A DNA stretch of 64,000 bases. Origin: Ptychomitrium polyphyllum. Lineage: Eukaryota. The stretch spans positions 4,464,001 to 4,528,000 of the forward strand of contig OZ316776.1 of NCBI GenBank assembly GCA_973851085.1, in the 5' to 3' direction. The position numbers and the translations under genes are program-made. This document shows, piece after piece, positions 39,218 through 52,232 of the stretch. The first letter of the stretch is position 1. Every line of letters starts with the position of its first letter. The notes under the pieces are model-generated. The model was not told where the DNA came from and did not search any database. It saw only the letters and a program-made list of their open reading frames with translations.

Positions 39218-39227
39218 AGCCGTTGGG
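39218..39227 (-). promoter_or_regulatory. MSA (MYB3R) element candidate upstream of the CDCA7-like gene
   Basis: CCCAACGGCT matches YCYAACGGYY in the GC-rich upstream region; single copy only. Confidence 0.3.
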
Positions 39228-40029
39228 GGCGAAGTGGCTATGCCCACCACTTTAAAAGGTGGCGGCGACGACCTTGCCATTTATGAGGGCCGGGCTCGTC
39301 GTGCTCTCACTCCGCTGGGGTACAGCTTCCACCTCCAGTGCTTCCCGCAGAGTCATCAATCCGCATCCCCAGTTTCTGAAGGAACTTACTCATTCAATCA
39401 ATTTCCTTCAGGGCAATTGGATCGCTCTCCCCCAGAGGCGTCCTTTGCTCTTTGCTCTTTGCTCTTCCTCTATCTGAGAGGTAAGGCAGTTTGTTTACAA
39501 CAAGGAAGTTTCAGAAGAAGGGTGGCCTCTGAGTGGGGTGTAGGGAGTGTCTTTTTCCGGTACTCCTTAGGATGTAGGATGGAGGATGATGGAGGATGAT
39601 GTAGGATGGAGGATGTAGGTTATAGGATGTAGGTTACAAATGTAACGGTGCTTATTTCTTAGTCTTATAATTACTGGAACTCCTTCTAGAAGCATGTACT
39701 CCCTTAAAATTAAGCTTTTACTTGCATGATTTGGTGGAGGAATGTAGAAGTATTATTATTTTAAGGTAAAAGTAATTATATGATAATTATTTATTTTGAA
39801 GAGCAAGACTAAAGAATTTGAAAGTGAAGTGTTGGTCTATTCAACTTCAAAGGAGGATTTTAATGATACAAATAATTACCTGATGAATTAGGTCTTTGTA
39901 TAAATCCATTGCTTGTGTATGATTTGTTAAGTTTGATATATTTTATTTAGTCTATTGTTGTATCAAACTTTCTTTAAATTCTTTTTTTTTGTAAATTTAT
40001 AGTTTGGCATTGACTAATACATACATACA

Positions 40030-40510
40030 TATTAGAAGCATCTAGAAAGGTTCTTAAAATATTTTGGAAGCTTCCAAAGAAGTTACATTGGGTTTAAGAA
40101 GCTTCCAAGGAAATTGCTTTGACTGAGGAAGCTTTTAAAGAAGTTACGATTGAGTTAGGAAGCGTTCAAGGAAGTTGCCTCGGCCTAAGAAACTTCCAAG
40201 AAAGCAACTCAAGGTTGCTTGAATACAAAGCAATGTAGGTGAAGCTTCCTAAAAAACTTCCAAGAAAGCAACTCAAGGTTGCTTGAGTACAAAGCAATTT
40301 AAGTGAAGCTTCCAAAGCTTGTATTTCTAGTATATATAGGAGTCGAGGCTCTTCAGTCTTGACAACGCATCTCTTGTGGTCTAGTTCAGACCTTCTCGCC
40401 TTGTCTTTTATACCTTGTTGTAGCTCTATAACTATAATATACCTTGGACATATCTTGTTCCACATCCTGAAATCTTGAAGCCTTGTCTTGTGATTACTCT
40501 ATCCGTGATA
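40030..40510 (+). mobile_element. Degenerate LTR-like relic related in style to the 27443 solo LTR, in the opposite orientation
   Basis: Tandem GAAGCTTCCAA(A/G) repeats, a 45-bp direct duplication (about 40190-40234 and 40254-40297), TATATATAGG at about 40332 and end TCCGTGATA (compare TCCGTGACA). Possible start TGTAACGG at 39641, but no TSD. Confidence 0.5.
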
Positions 40511-43132
40511 TTGATACAAGTATAAAGTCTTTTTCATAAGGTAATCTTATACAAATTCTCATGGCACCTTATTTATAAAATTCAATCTTATGATTTTTTT
40601 AGAGGTGAAATTGTTAATCATAGAGAAGAACTTTGAAATACATAAAAAACCACTTGAAAAAAATATAAGGTGAATTTTTTTTTAATTATGAATTAAAAAA
40701 AATTTGAATGAATTACCATAGTTTTTAATAAAGCATCAAACATATTCATATATAATATAGAATACTCTAAAAATTATTCAAATGTATTTTAAAATATCAT
40801 GAAATATCATGTATATATGTATGTATATGCATATATATGTATGTGTGGATATGTTAATAAATGATTTTTTTTTAATAAAAAGAATCCATCTTTAGAATAG
40901 GTTAATTTTTCAAACACTAATGAAAGACGTGTCTCCACTTTGTTGTCAATTTAAAGCTTCTTAAGTTCTTTTTATGTGAAATATAAATTAATATGGTATA
41001 CAAAAATCTAAGCTAAACATTGGTAGCTAAGTATAAATTGATAATTTTTATTATAATAATTTTTTTTCTTAAATCATCAATCTTATCAATTATCATAACC
41101 ATACAAAAATAGCACTTAATCCATTTTTGTAAAAATATTCACCATAGTTTGGATAAACTTTGGATAAAAGGATTTTTCTGTTGGAAAGTGTATTTTAAAA
41201 CATATGCAGTAGAGTGAATGATGATAATTTTTTTTAAATAACAACATTAATGAAAGTTGCTCTTTTTCAAAGCAAAGAAGTAATTGTCATAATAATAGCA
41301 AGTTGAAGAATAGTTTCATCAATTCCATCCTTTCACTTCATTTTTTACTTCATGAATGTTGTTTGTGTCATAAAAAAATAATACAAAACAAAAAAAATCC
41401 AAATTATTGGATATTGGTCATCATTTGTTAATTACATTCTATTAATTATAATTGATTTATAGATAACGTACCTTCAAAAGAAGACATTAAAGATATTATG
41501 TATTAATTAGGTTGTGATGGCCTATTTAATAGCACTACCTTGAATACTTAATTCATATCATTTTTTAAACCAAATTTACCCTTCTTTTTAATTATTAAAA
41601 ATCTAAGAGTATCCTACAATAAGCATAGGTTAAAGTCAATAGTCAAACTATGCACCTAAAATTTCATTTATTAATTTTCATTGATTGGATCAAATAATAT
41701 AGATGTCATATGGTATAAAATATGACATGGTGAGATGATATAACTCCATCTATAATATGTATACTTAAGGTGAGAAAATTGAAAAATAAAAGTTGATTGA
41801 TTAGGATTACAGTTAAAGCATTCATGTTTCATTTTATATCATGTATGTGATATGTCATGTTACTAATGGAAAAAATGGTATTAGATTTAGTTAATTCATG
41901 TTCAAAGCATGAGAAAGGAAATTTACATTGGTCCTTCAGGAAACCAAAATAAGTACAGAGGTAGTTCTTACTATTTCATATTTTGAACCCCATTGCCTAC
42001 TCAAACTAGTGCACATATACCATAGTTCTATACATACTAGAGTTATCAAAAACACAAACTCACCAGGGTAGGAATACAAAAGCCAAGAATTAAAACTAAA
42101 AAAAAGCACCTAAAATATAAAACACCACCAAAGAGCTTAAATGAACACAAAAGAAACAAGATGCATTTTCTTAGGTATTCAAAAAGCAGGCTCTAGAAGC
42201 AAGTTCCACTTTTAAAACGTAAAAACAAATGCACAAAATTCATGTTTTTTATTTTTGTTTCTTTTTATTTACATAATTTTAAAATGCATGTTTTTGGTAA
42301 TGCTGGTTTCTTATACCAAAGTATGAACTTAACTTATTCTTCACAAGTTTGCAGTAGCCATATAAGAACTAAACTTAAATTTTGAAATTTTACACAATTA
42401 CTATCTTTAAGAAATTTGAAACACATGTAAATCCAAGTTTGGAATGGAGTATTTTCTATAAAGTCTCTATTTTAGAAAGATGATATGGTCTAATAGAAAA
42501 AATTAATTTTGGATTCATCATATATTTGTTAGAATTTGTTGCAATTGAAAGGGATAGGATTTTTAAAATGATATTAAGTAAACCTAGCACCATAGGAAAG
42601 AAAAATTTATAATTCACCTAATTCTACTTTTTATTTTAGACTATATATAGTTTTTTGAAAAATAACATGAGCAATTATGCACTAGGTAATATAAATTTGG
42701 AGGAGGTTACAAGAAATAGTCAATTTGCAAAGAAACTATATACTTTTTTTATAGCCTTCTTTCAAATTTGCAATGCCTAACATAATTTCAATTAAGAACA
42801 ACCTTATGTTCTACATACCTTCTTGTGATCCTATTTCTACATCTCAATTATGAATTGGTAAGCTTGAAAATGATGCACAAGTCTACAACAAGTTTCATCA
42901 AAAGTTTTCTATGAAGTCTTAAAAACTCAATAATCTTTAGAGGTAAAGGCCAACAAATTGAATTTAATAGTCATTTCTTTGCTAATAGGAAAAATAACAC
43001 TTAAATTAGATTTCTCATAATTCCAATCTATCAACTTATCTCCCTATAGGTCTAATTTCATTGAATATTAAGAGGGTGGATTATTTCCCATCCATGTTTC
43101 ATCCAAACTTTCAAACCTTGACATTTGTGAAT

Positions 43133-43265
43133 TGGAGAGATCATTCATTCCACACAATGGAGAGATCATTCATTCCACACAATGGAGAGATCATTCATTC
43201 CACACAATGGAGAGATCATTCATTCCACACAATGGAGAGGTCATTCATTCCACACAATGGAGAGG
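43133..43265. repeat. 25-bp minisatellite, about 5.3 copies (TGGAGAGATCATTCATTCCACACAA)
   Basis: Near-perfect head-to-tail units with no spacers. Confidence 0.95.
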
Positions 43266-45247
43266 GTGACAACAATTCTTGGCCTGCAGCCCAACACTGC
43301 AACCTTACCCTGTGTTAAGTGCAACAAAGTATCATTCCTGCTTAAGGTAAGCAGGTCCATGTGCATCAGAACATTCTTTTGCATTCATTTGTTAACCCTA
43401 TTACATGGCTTAACTGCAAATAACTGCCTACCTTATATCAACAAGGTGGCATGCACTTGGCCATTCAGTGTTGTTAGGGCTGCATCATTCTGCCTATAAT
43501 CAGCATGTTGAGATGCCTAGGTTTTGGGTGGATTACTTGTCTTTGGTTAGCACTTATAGTTCAACTAACCCAAGACTTTGCCAAAGATCTGGCAAAATTT
43601 TACTTTATTCAAACCTACAGTACAAAGTACTTTTTACTTTGAAGATTTGTATAATTTTCAACACCTGGAATAAAAAGTTAAAAGAAGTATTTAAATCCAT
43701 TGTATATACTTTTCCTTATTGTATTTACTTTTATGAAAAATAGACTCTTTTAGGACACCCCATCCAGCTATGTATAAATTTGTATCTTTTAGAACAGATT
43801 CCAGAACATTCTTTAGCAAGCCTCTTACTCCAATGACCTTGGAATAGTGAAGCTTAGTCCCAAGCTTTCCTTTTCAAAACATTCTTTTCGAATGTTGTAT
43901 ATTACCAAATTTAAGTTCCTCAGTTGCAGAGAACAGAAGGTACAAGATGGCGCCATCCGAATTTGGCCAGGGGTGCAGGACCTGACTGGAGGGACACTTA
44001 CTGAGCTCGGACCCAATCAGCAGTGAGGTTGCATAAGTATAAGACCCTGAACAGAAGATGGGAAGTGTGAAGGGCCCTGACAAACACCCATTTGACCTTG
44101 ACCTGTGTGAAATAGAAACTGGGCGAATAAGTTTCTATACCACTTCCTTCTAAATCTAGTGCTGAGCTTGGCAGGAGTAGCAGGCTCCTTTGGGGACTGT
44201 CATCTAGATCTTTTAGTAGAGGTTAGCAGCATTTCAAAGAATCCACTGGAACACAGTGTTATTCCTGCTAGGCCAAATCTGCCTCACTACCTCAAAGGAG
44301 AGCCCAAATTTGTCCAACTTAGGATTTCCAGTTTTGAGTTTAAATGATTTATTCAATGAGTATGCACATGGTGGTGATATCAATTTATTCACATCCACAT
44401 CTATCATCAAACTACAGTTGCTAATATCAATTTATTCAATGAGTATCCAAAATAATATTATACATAATTCAAAACCAAAATTAGAGTGTCAACTAATAGC
44501 TTCAATATTGTAGATTTATTATTTTTATTATTTATGGTTTTAGATGCATCTTGAAAAAAAGATATCATTTGAAATTGCATTACTTTCAACTTTAATAGTT
44601 TGATAAAAAATTGTTTCAAATTTAATGAAAATTAGTTTGGCCAAATTAGATTAGAATTGATTATATGATTATTTTGTTGTACGGTAATGAACAGCTGTAA
44701 TTGAATGTTTGCCAATACACATGAATGAAGAGCTCTTGCACATGCAGACGTGTTGTTGTAAATCCTTTCCTTATATCTACGTATCAGTATAAATTGTAAA
44801 TTGAACAAATAAATTGGCTGTAACTTCTGCATTGGGCTTTTGGTGATAACATTCACTCTAGAGCCAAGTATTCAAAAGGGATAGTGATAACTTTCAGTAA
44901 ACTGAGGTTATCAATTGGACTTGAGCAGTGGTGGCGAAACCTTTAGGGTGCAACGAAAGTAAATGATCTTGCAATGAACAGGAAGTACATGCACATCACT
45001 ATTAGGTGAACTTGCCCTCTTACAGTATCCCTTTGTGTATCCCTTTGTGATAACCTTCATTAGAGGAAAGTGTAAAGTGGTAACTGATGATAAGTGTCTG
45101 ATCGGAGTACAGTACCATTGGATCATGACATCCACTACTATTACATTTACCTTTACCTTTATGATGACCATTGCGCTCTTGTACGCAGTAGGTCACACAC
45201 ATTATCTTTAGAGAATTGGAGCAAGAGCAAGGTGAGGTAAGGAAACC

Positions 45248-45395
45248 TATTACCACCACAATAAAGCATCGAGTATTATCCCCACAATAAAGCATCGAGT
45301 ATTACCCCCACAATGAAGAATCAACTATTACCACCACAATAAAGAGATAACTAATATCACAACAATAAAAAATCAAGTATTGTTACCACAATAAA
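45248..45395. repeat. Degenerate 26-27-bp minisatellite (TATTACCACCACAATAAAGCATCGAG-like), about 5-6 copies
   Basis: Repeated CCACAATAAAG cores. Confidence 0.8.
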
Positions 45396-47186
45396 AAAAA
45401 TCAATTAAGATCTAGTTGTTGAATTTGTATAAATTTTTTTTTCATTGATAAAACTCAAGGTTTAGAGAAGAATTGAAGTGATTTTACAAATTTTTCATAT
45501 CATATGAATTAATAGTGAATTTAAAAAAAGAAATGCAACCAACATCCTAAGATTGCCATTAGGTAGAGGCCATGTTTTCCATAAAATGGGCACTTTTTAT
45601 TCATCTTATATTAACAAAAGCTAGTCAATTTTATTCAAAAGACCACCATAAGTCAAGCCTATTATCACTACATTTTTTCATTTTAAATAAATGTGTTTTT
45701 ACTTTCTTTTTCATTACCGTCATTACTATTCCATAAGTCACTACATACCAAGCATATCATCATCTTTTTAAAGTTTCATTTTTCTACACATTGTACTTTT
45801 GGAATTTTCAACTTGTGCATAGTAGTAATGGAAGAGTAAATGGTGCTTATAGAAAGATGGTGAACATAAGATTACTTTTTTTTAAAAGTAAAAAAAGTAA
45901 AATGTAGTATGCATAAGTGGCAACCATTTCCTTCTACTTTGAGATTTAAAAAAGAGTAAAATATTGAATTTTGAGCAATTTCCACTTTTTCGACTCCAAA
46001 CTATGAAAATATGATTTGATTTTGTTGGAGTATAATTTTTCTTGAAGGAATAGATCCTAACATGATACTTGGAAGTTTAGAATACCATAGGATAGGAATA
46101 TTGTAAATTTAGTATCTTACCTGGACATGGTACTAACAACCAATTCTTCTACTCATAACTATTACGTTGAGTCTAGCAGTACATCCAATTTCAATAAGTA
46201 TTAAGACTAGGTTATAAGTATGTAAGTATTAAAAACGTACCAAGTATGCAATATTACTTGAAATGTATAAATGTATGAAATATGTAATTGTCATACACAA
46301 AAGTTAGAAGGTCAAATTTTAAGTAACTAAAAGTTAATGCATCATCTTCCTAAAATGACCAAGTAAGATACAGGTTGGCACTATTAACACCCTATTGCTT
46401 TGAGATGTGTTTGCCTGCAAGCGACAACAGCAGAGAGATATGGTGATATCATTCACACTGATATCATTCATATAACTTTAGCACTGGGAATCAACAACAA
46501 CAGCAATACAACTCAGCATCTACAGAACTCAAATGTCTGAAGACTCTGTTTGGTGGCTCTCACTGGAACATGGCAATTCAGAAAGTGTCACAAAGAAATA
46601 TGCTGTAGACAATCCTGCAGAAGTGAGTCCTTGACTGTCCAGGCCGATGCAAGATTTTTGTCAATGAAATTCAAATATACAATGGCCTTGGAGCAGATGT
46701 TCCATCCTTATCTTTGATTATTGCAATAATTTAATAATTCAATTGAATGAAGATCCAGAAAGATCAAATGGTATCAAAGTTGATATTTGAGTCCAATATC
46801 AAAATGAATTTTCTTGAAAATCTCTTTTTATTTGTTCAAACTCCTCTGCTACCCAGTACATCTCTTTTTACATGTTCAAGCTGGCATTGCAGAGCATGGT
46901 TATAGGGCTCCAGATTGCTTGAGTATCTGAAAACTTGATGTGGTGCACAATTTGGGCTCTAGAATTTGCACTCCAGGTAAACCAGAGCTGGTCAGTGTAG
47001 CTCTTCTTTTAGTTGTATTGTGTGATTTGTTACTACAATATTGGAGGTGAGACAAAGTCTGAGCCTCATTCACTGTTGTGGCTAGGACCCTGCAACATAT
47101 GGGCTAAAAATGTTGTGCAGTGGAGAGACATAATTTCTCATCATCACTTGTTATCATGAATCAACATTGATTCTCTGCAGGAAACA

Positions 47187-48080
47187 ATGGACAACATGAA
47201 TGTCAAGTTATGGAGCAGACTTCCATTTGAAATTGTGGAGCAAACATTCTCCTCCCTCTTCATGCTCATGTCGTATAGATTTTGGACTGTCTGCAAGGGA
47301 TGGAACCGGCTTATTTGCAACCTGGAATATAGGGCTCTCTTTGTATGACATGCAAGGGAAATTGATGCTTGTTTTATATTTGGACATTACATCAAATGTG
47401 AAGAGAATGGTCCTCCCTTTTCAAGCAATTTGATAAGAACCACAGTTGGATCGTTCTGAATTTGGAAAACCAATCAATGGCAGAGCTTAAGCATACTCCC
47501 AAGCTGCAATTGCAAAGTTATGAGGATTTTGTTGAAGTGCTATGCAACTTTCATGATGGAATGCTATACACATTTATGGCTTCATATGCAGATGTGCCAA
47601 ATATACTAAGGTGTATTGGCTATTGAGCTACAACCATGTTGAGGGCACCTGAAATGATACTGGCATGAATACGTACTAGGAGCTTGTCAATCCTCAGCTT
47701 ATTTGTGAGCAACAATTGTCTTCTGTTGTGGTTGCAGATCTGTGGTCATATGATATTAGCTAAGTTAATCTTGAGGATGGAAGTTGCAACAGAGTGTTTA
47801 CAATGACAGAGTAGGTCTTGAATATGCCAGCAGCTGAAATCTTCAAGCAGGATTGGTTGGAGCCTTTTGGCATGACCACATTTGATTTTGGCAAATCTAT
47901 TACCTTGATGTGCTTGTCACCTATGTGTGCAAGTACCTATAACTGAAGCAAATGTTCTTGAGATTTACTGCCTGCCTGCTAACCCCCTGAGAGCTATTAA
48001 CTCTGAAGTAACAGGAATGTGTTGTGGTACAGGAAACCATGCACATCTTTTTGCTGGCAAGTACATTACGGGAACATGAA
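47187..48080 (+). pseudogene. F-box protein pseudogene
   Basis: After acceptor TCTCTGCAG: MDNMNVKLWSRLPFEIVEQTFSSLFMLMSYRFWTVCKGWNRLICNLEYRALFV*, an F-box pattern (LW..LP.E......L.....RF..VCK.WN). Premature stop at codon 54; downstream sequence is frameshifted and CpG-depleted. The 3' limit is approximate. Confidence 0.8.
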
Positions 48081-49847
48081 TCAGAGGCAAGTTGATTTGA
48101 ACGTAAGGTTTAGGCTCTTGAAACAACTTTTTATCGCTTCCGTGATGAAGTTACTGTAAGCAGTGATAGTACATTTGTTTGCATTTTAGAGACTATTGTT
48201 TGTGTTTTTCTGCAGGATATATCTAATATTCTGGTGGCCACAAGTGACCTGAATAAGGTCATTCGAACACATGTGCACGTAATCTTTTTGTGTGACAGTA
48301 GTTTGGCATAGGAAATTAACACAAAGTTGTAAACAGAGCATAATGTAAGTAATTTGATAACTATTGTTCAAATTTTCTCGCCAGTTAGCTTGAACTGTTC
48401 TTAAGTTAATAGTTTCCTGAGTCAGTCATGAATCATGTGTAATGTTTGTTGAACCTATACTCATGACATCCACACTAATAAAGCTAAAATTTGGTGAATT
48501 GCCACCAGGACAAAAAGCATACATTGCTAAATAGTAAAATATTGTGTATTAAATCATGATTAGGCCCAGATCATGAGCTTTACTTTAGCTTGTAGTTGTC
48601 AAGATGAAGCTGCAGCTCAATGTGCACAATATGGCTTACAAAACAATTAACACCAGCTGTTCAAACAGGAGTTAACCCAGCCACTTCAAAACTCACAGGC
48701 CCATCATCTGTGGCTAGCTTCAAGTCGATGAGCAAGAAGTCACAAAGAGAAATAAGCTTGTTTGATGCAGGAAATAATCCAGCATCCTTGCTCAGCAGCT
48801 GAGGACGTAACAACAAGTGCATTTGGTCTATTAGGTAGCAGTAACTTCGTATCCCGCTTAGCATGTCACTCAAGATTCAATACGCAAGACAAGTTACGTA
48901 CTAACATTTGTTGTATTATAGCAAACGATTTAGCTATCACTGGACTGAGAGACAAAGAGGTGTCAAACTACACCATTAAAAGATTTTCATTAAGACACAA
49001 CTAGCACCTAGCAAGCAGAACACAACTCATCGTTGCTAAACGCACCACTTCCATGACTGATGCATGCTACTGTGTCATTCAACACGAAGAACCCCAAAGC
49101 ATAATCCATATGAATGGCAGACACCTTAGAAGGTAAACATAGTGACATCCTGCACCTTCTTCACGTGATCTGAAGCTGCCTAAACAAGAATACAAAGCCA
49201 CTTCACATACAATATATGTGTATCCAGAAAGATCGTGCTTCTATTGCTTCATGTCCCTTATCACAAAGATTATTACCAGCTCTCGTTTAGCAGGCACAAG
49301 TATCGTACCCGAGCCATTCACGCTGAAAAATGATGGAAACCTTACTGTTGGCACAAAGCATCCCAAGTGAAAGAGAATTCTGAAAATTCACGACTGCACA
49401 GTTTACAGATCTTGAAATGATAGGAAGGCAAGGGGAGGTACGTGTAGACTTCTGAAAAGCACAGACCACGAGTCTCATCTATCTCACCGCAATTAGTATT
49501 TCGTACCACGACGATGCAACCCAAGATCAATCCTCAACGGCCCTCATGGTACCTGCCACATCCAACATCAACATCAGAACCTCACCAATTCTTAATTCTC
49601 GAAAAATATTTTACCCCTTCCAACTTGCCACAGCAGTAGCTGAATGCAATTTTCAAGATGACAATTTGCACTCTTTAAAAGCAGCAATATTTCCTACAAA
49701 GAAGACAAACGTGCAGCTCAAAAAGCACGGCCATCGCCCCTAAATCTCTCCAGCACTCTTACCAAAAATTGCAAAATATGTCTGCGGATTAGGTTCACGG
49801 ACAATATTGCATAAATCTAAGGCAGTTTACAGAGCAAGTACTGTTAC

Positions 49848-50204
49848 CAATGTAACGCTTATTGTTGGCATTCTGAACTTCCGACAACTTCTTATCTAGA
49901 TCCTCCTGCAAACGAACTTCCCATTTCGCCACTGCGTTCCCAAACCCAGCTCCCAACCCTATCGCAAGCAAATGCTCCCACGGATCTGTCCACACACATT
50001 CAACCACGACATCAAATTCTAAACCAGACCTATCTCTGCTCTACTCTACACAGAAAAAACCCATACCACCCAAATGTAACAACCCAGCGGAAAGAGCGAG
50101 GACAGAGACGCACGGCGCATGAGCGGAAGCTTGCGTACTCCGTTGGAGTAGAACTGGCAGCTCAGGCCCATCAAGGCGCCCACCATGGTTGCGGTGGCCA
50201 CCAT
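49848..50204 (-). CDS. NDUFC2: Mitochondrial complex I accessory subunit B14.5b/NDUFC2; exons 50204-50114 and 49985-49848, plus short unresolved terminal exon(s) further left (possibly about 49179-49156 and about 48609-48599)
   Basis: Spliced translation MVATATMVGALMGLSCQFYSNGVRKLPLMRHPWEHLLAIGLGAGFGNAVAKWEVRLQEDLDKKLSEVQNANNKRYI matches the plant B14.5b family signature (ATMVGALLGL..Q.YSNA.RKLP.MRHPWEH). Exon 1 is absent from the ORF track. Confidence 0.88.
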
Positions 50205-50326
50205 GGTCGCTGACGCCCGGGATGGCAGAGCCTAGAGCAAACGATCACGACCCCGGCGTCGAGCGCTCGTAGCGAATCGAGCAGCGAGCCAGTGAGTGCG
50301 CAAAACAACGCAAAGCGCAAAACAAC

Positions 50327-50336
50327 AAACCCTAAC
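50327..50336 (+). promoter_or_regulatory. Telo-box (AAACCCTAA) near the NDUFC2 transcription start
   Basis: AAACCCTAAC about 125 bp upstream of the ATG; this motif is common in plant housekeeping promoters and leaders. Confidence 0.45.
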
Positions 50337-52232
50337 CCCTCGCTCACGCCCCGTTCTCTCTCTCGCTCTTGCTGGCCCCACTACCGTCGCTGTTCCTACG
50401 ACCGCGATTGTCTAGCGAGGGCGTACATTTCACTGGCGGACCACACACAGAGAACGTAAAACTGGAGGTAGTTGCAGCACGAGCTGACATGGACATTGTG
50501 CCATAGACTCTTCTCTGCTTTCCTGTGGTCGTAGGTGTATTTATGGTCATGTTTAGGATTTTACTACTTTTGAGAACCTTGGTTATTCTATGAGTGCACA
50601 TGTCTTGAATCATTGCCAAGCAAATGGAGTGTATCACTGTCTTGTTTTGATTTTGTTGTTCCATATTAAAATTTAAGATAAATCTAATGACTTTCTTAAT
50701 AAGTATACTTAGCTTTCAAGGAGGGAGATGCAATTTTTGACCAGTAAAAGTTTGTTACCTTGAACCAATAAGCATTTAACTAAAGATATTGGTCATAACC
50801 ACTTTTTAATTTATTTAGAAAGATTTTTTACACTTACAAGTACTATAAATGAGTTTGAAAAACGACCCTTTAACTTTGATTGGCTAAAGGCATTTTAAAT
50901 TATAGATGTTCACATCATCTTTAAGATTTGAGCAACAAAAAGCCAACAAACTCTTATAACCTTGGCCTTAGAAGCCTCGTTTGTAGTATTGATAGATTGT
51001 TTGTTAGTGCTTGGATTTAGAACGCTAGATCTACCGTGGCAAATCCCAATGTCTCCATACTATCATCCAACTTGCATTCAAGGGCAAGGTCTATGCATTT
51101 GGTACATCATTCATGACTGAGGTTGGCGCCCCAAATCTACCATGAGGGTACACCTCACCTCCTAGTATGTTCACACGGCGTACGTTCACCTATAACCTGC
51201 GCTGGGAGGGAGCAGATCTACAGCGTTGGAAATTCATTGTAGGACTTGGTGGTTTGGTGGTTTTGGGGGAATGTGGGAGTGTTCAAAGGCGGTGTTCGGG
51301 AGCTTTCTTTTGTGTCGAAGGAAAGGGAAAAAGAGAGAAAGTGGTTCGTTGTTCGGGGACTTTGGAGGGAAGCGTGCGTTGGTTTGAGGGGGTGAATTGC
51401 TTCGTGGAGATGCTGCCGTGGTGTGCGTTGGAGGAAGCCTGGATTTGGGAGCCTTGCTAAGATTGGCTGTTATAGTTGGGACTGTTCACACGTTCATGCC
51501 GGTTCCTGGGGTCAGCGCCGGCCAGGGCATTTTGGGTGGCCCCTTGGATGAGGCAAACAGAATTCGTGTCACCATTGATGGCCCGAGCCAACTTCTGTCG
51601 ATGGGTTTGGGTTCGCACAGCAGGTACGGTTCACAAGGTACAACCACCTTTTCCGCTGGAATCCACCATTTTCCAACTTCGGTTTCCAAATTTTGCGTCT
51701 GGAGAGTTCCAGTGGAAGCACAAGAAAGAGACTTTGCTGTGATGGTCTCGGACTAGCCCACCCCGAACACATGGTCGCTGAATACCTACAAATCGAACGC
51801 CTACCCGTGGTCTGTTTCTGTCAAGCACCAACCTCATACATGAAACTTTGAACTTATGGGTCTCTCAATTCTTTTCTGAAATGCATCGATGACTCGAGAA
51901 AGTTCATCAAATTCCTCACAAACTCTAAATTGAGTCTACCGTATTCCCGAGCAACTGCTTGCCTCAGTTCAGGATTCACCGGGCCATGACGTCCTTGCCC
52001 ATCTTTCGCTAACTTGCCCACCAAGCATTCAGTTATACACATAAACGGAATGACAAGAATGACTGCCCATGAATTTCAAATGTTTACCGGACGAAGAGTC
52101 GTGGTGCTGGACAGTATCCAGTACCACCTTCAATGACTCTTTGGGAAGGGTACACTCTAGTACAGACACTGAAGACAACGGACGATGAAGCAGCCACCAT
52201 ACCCATCCTTCTATCCCTCGACATATTACATG

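Noticed and set aside
38575..39599. ORFs of 159 and 143 aa upstream of the CDCA7-like gene
   Set aside because: Low-complexity translations of GC-rich leader and promoter DNA with non-ATG starts.
43133..43265. CRISPR-like array or repeat-encoded ORFs (43061-43318, 43182-43499)
   Set aside because: The 25-bp units abut without unique spacers, there are no cas genes and the context is eukaryotic. The ORFs are by-products of the repeat.
51268..51281. snRNA USE-like TCCCACAT on the minus strand
   Set aside because: No downstream TATA box or recognisable snRNA sequence.
52101..52127. Stem-loop GTGGTGCTGGA-CAGTA-TCCAGTACCAC, IRE-like
   Set aside because: The loop does not match CAGUG, it is antisense to FAB1, and a single short hairpin is expected by chance.
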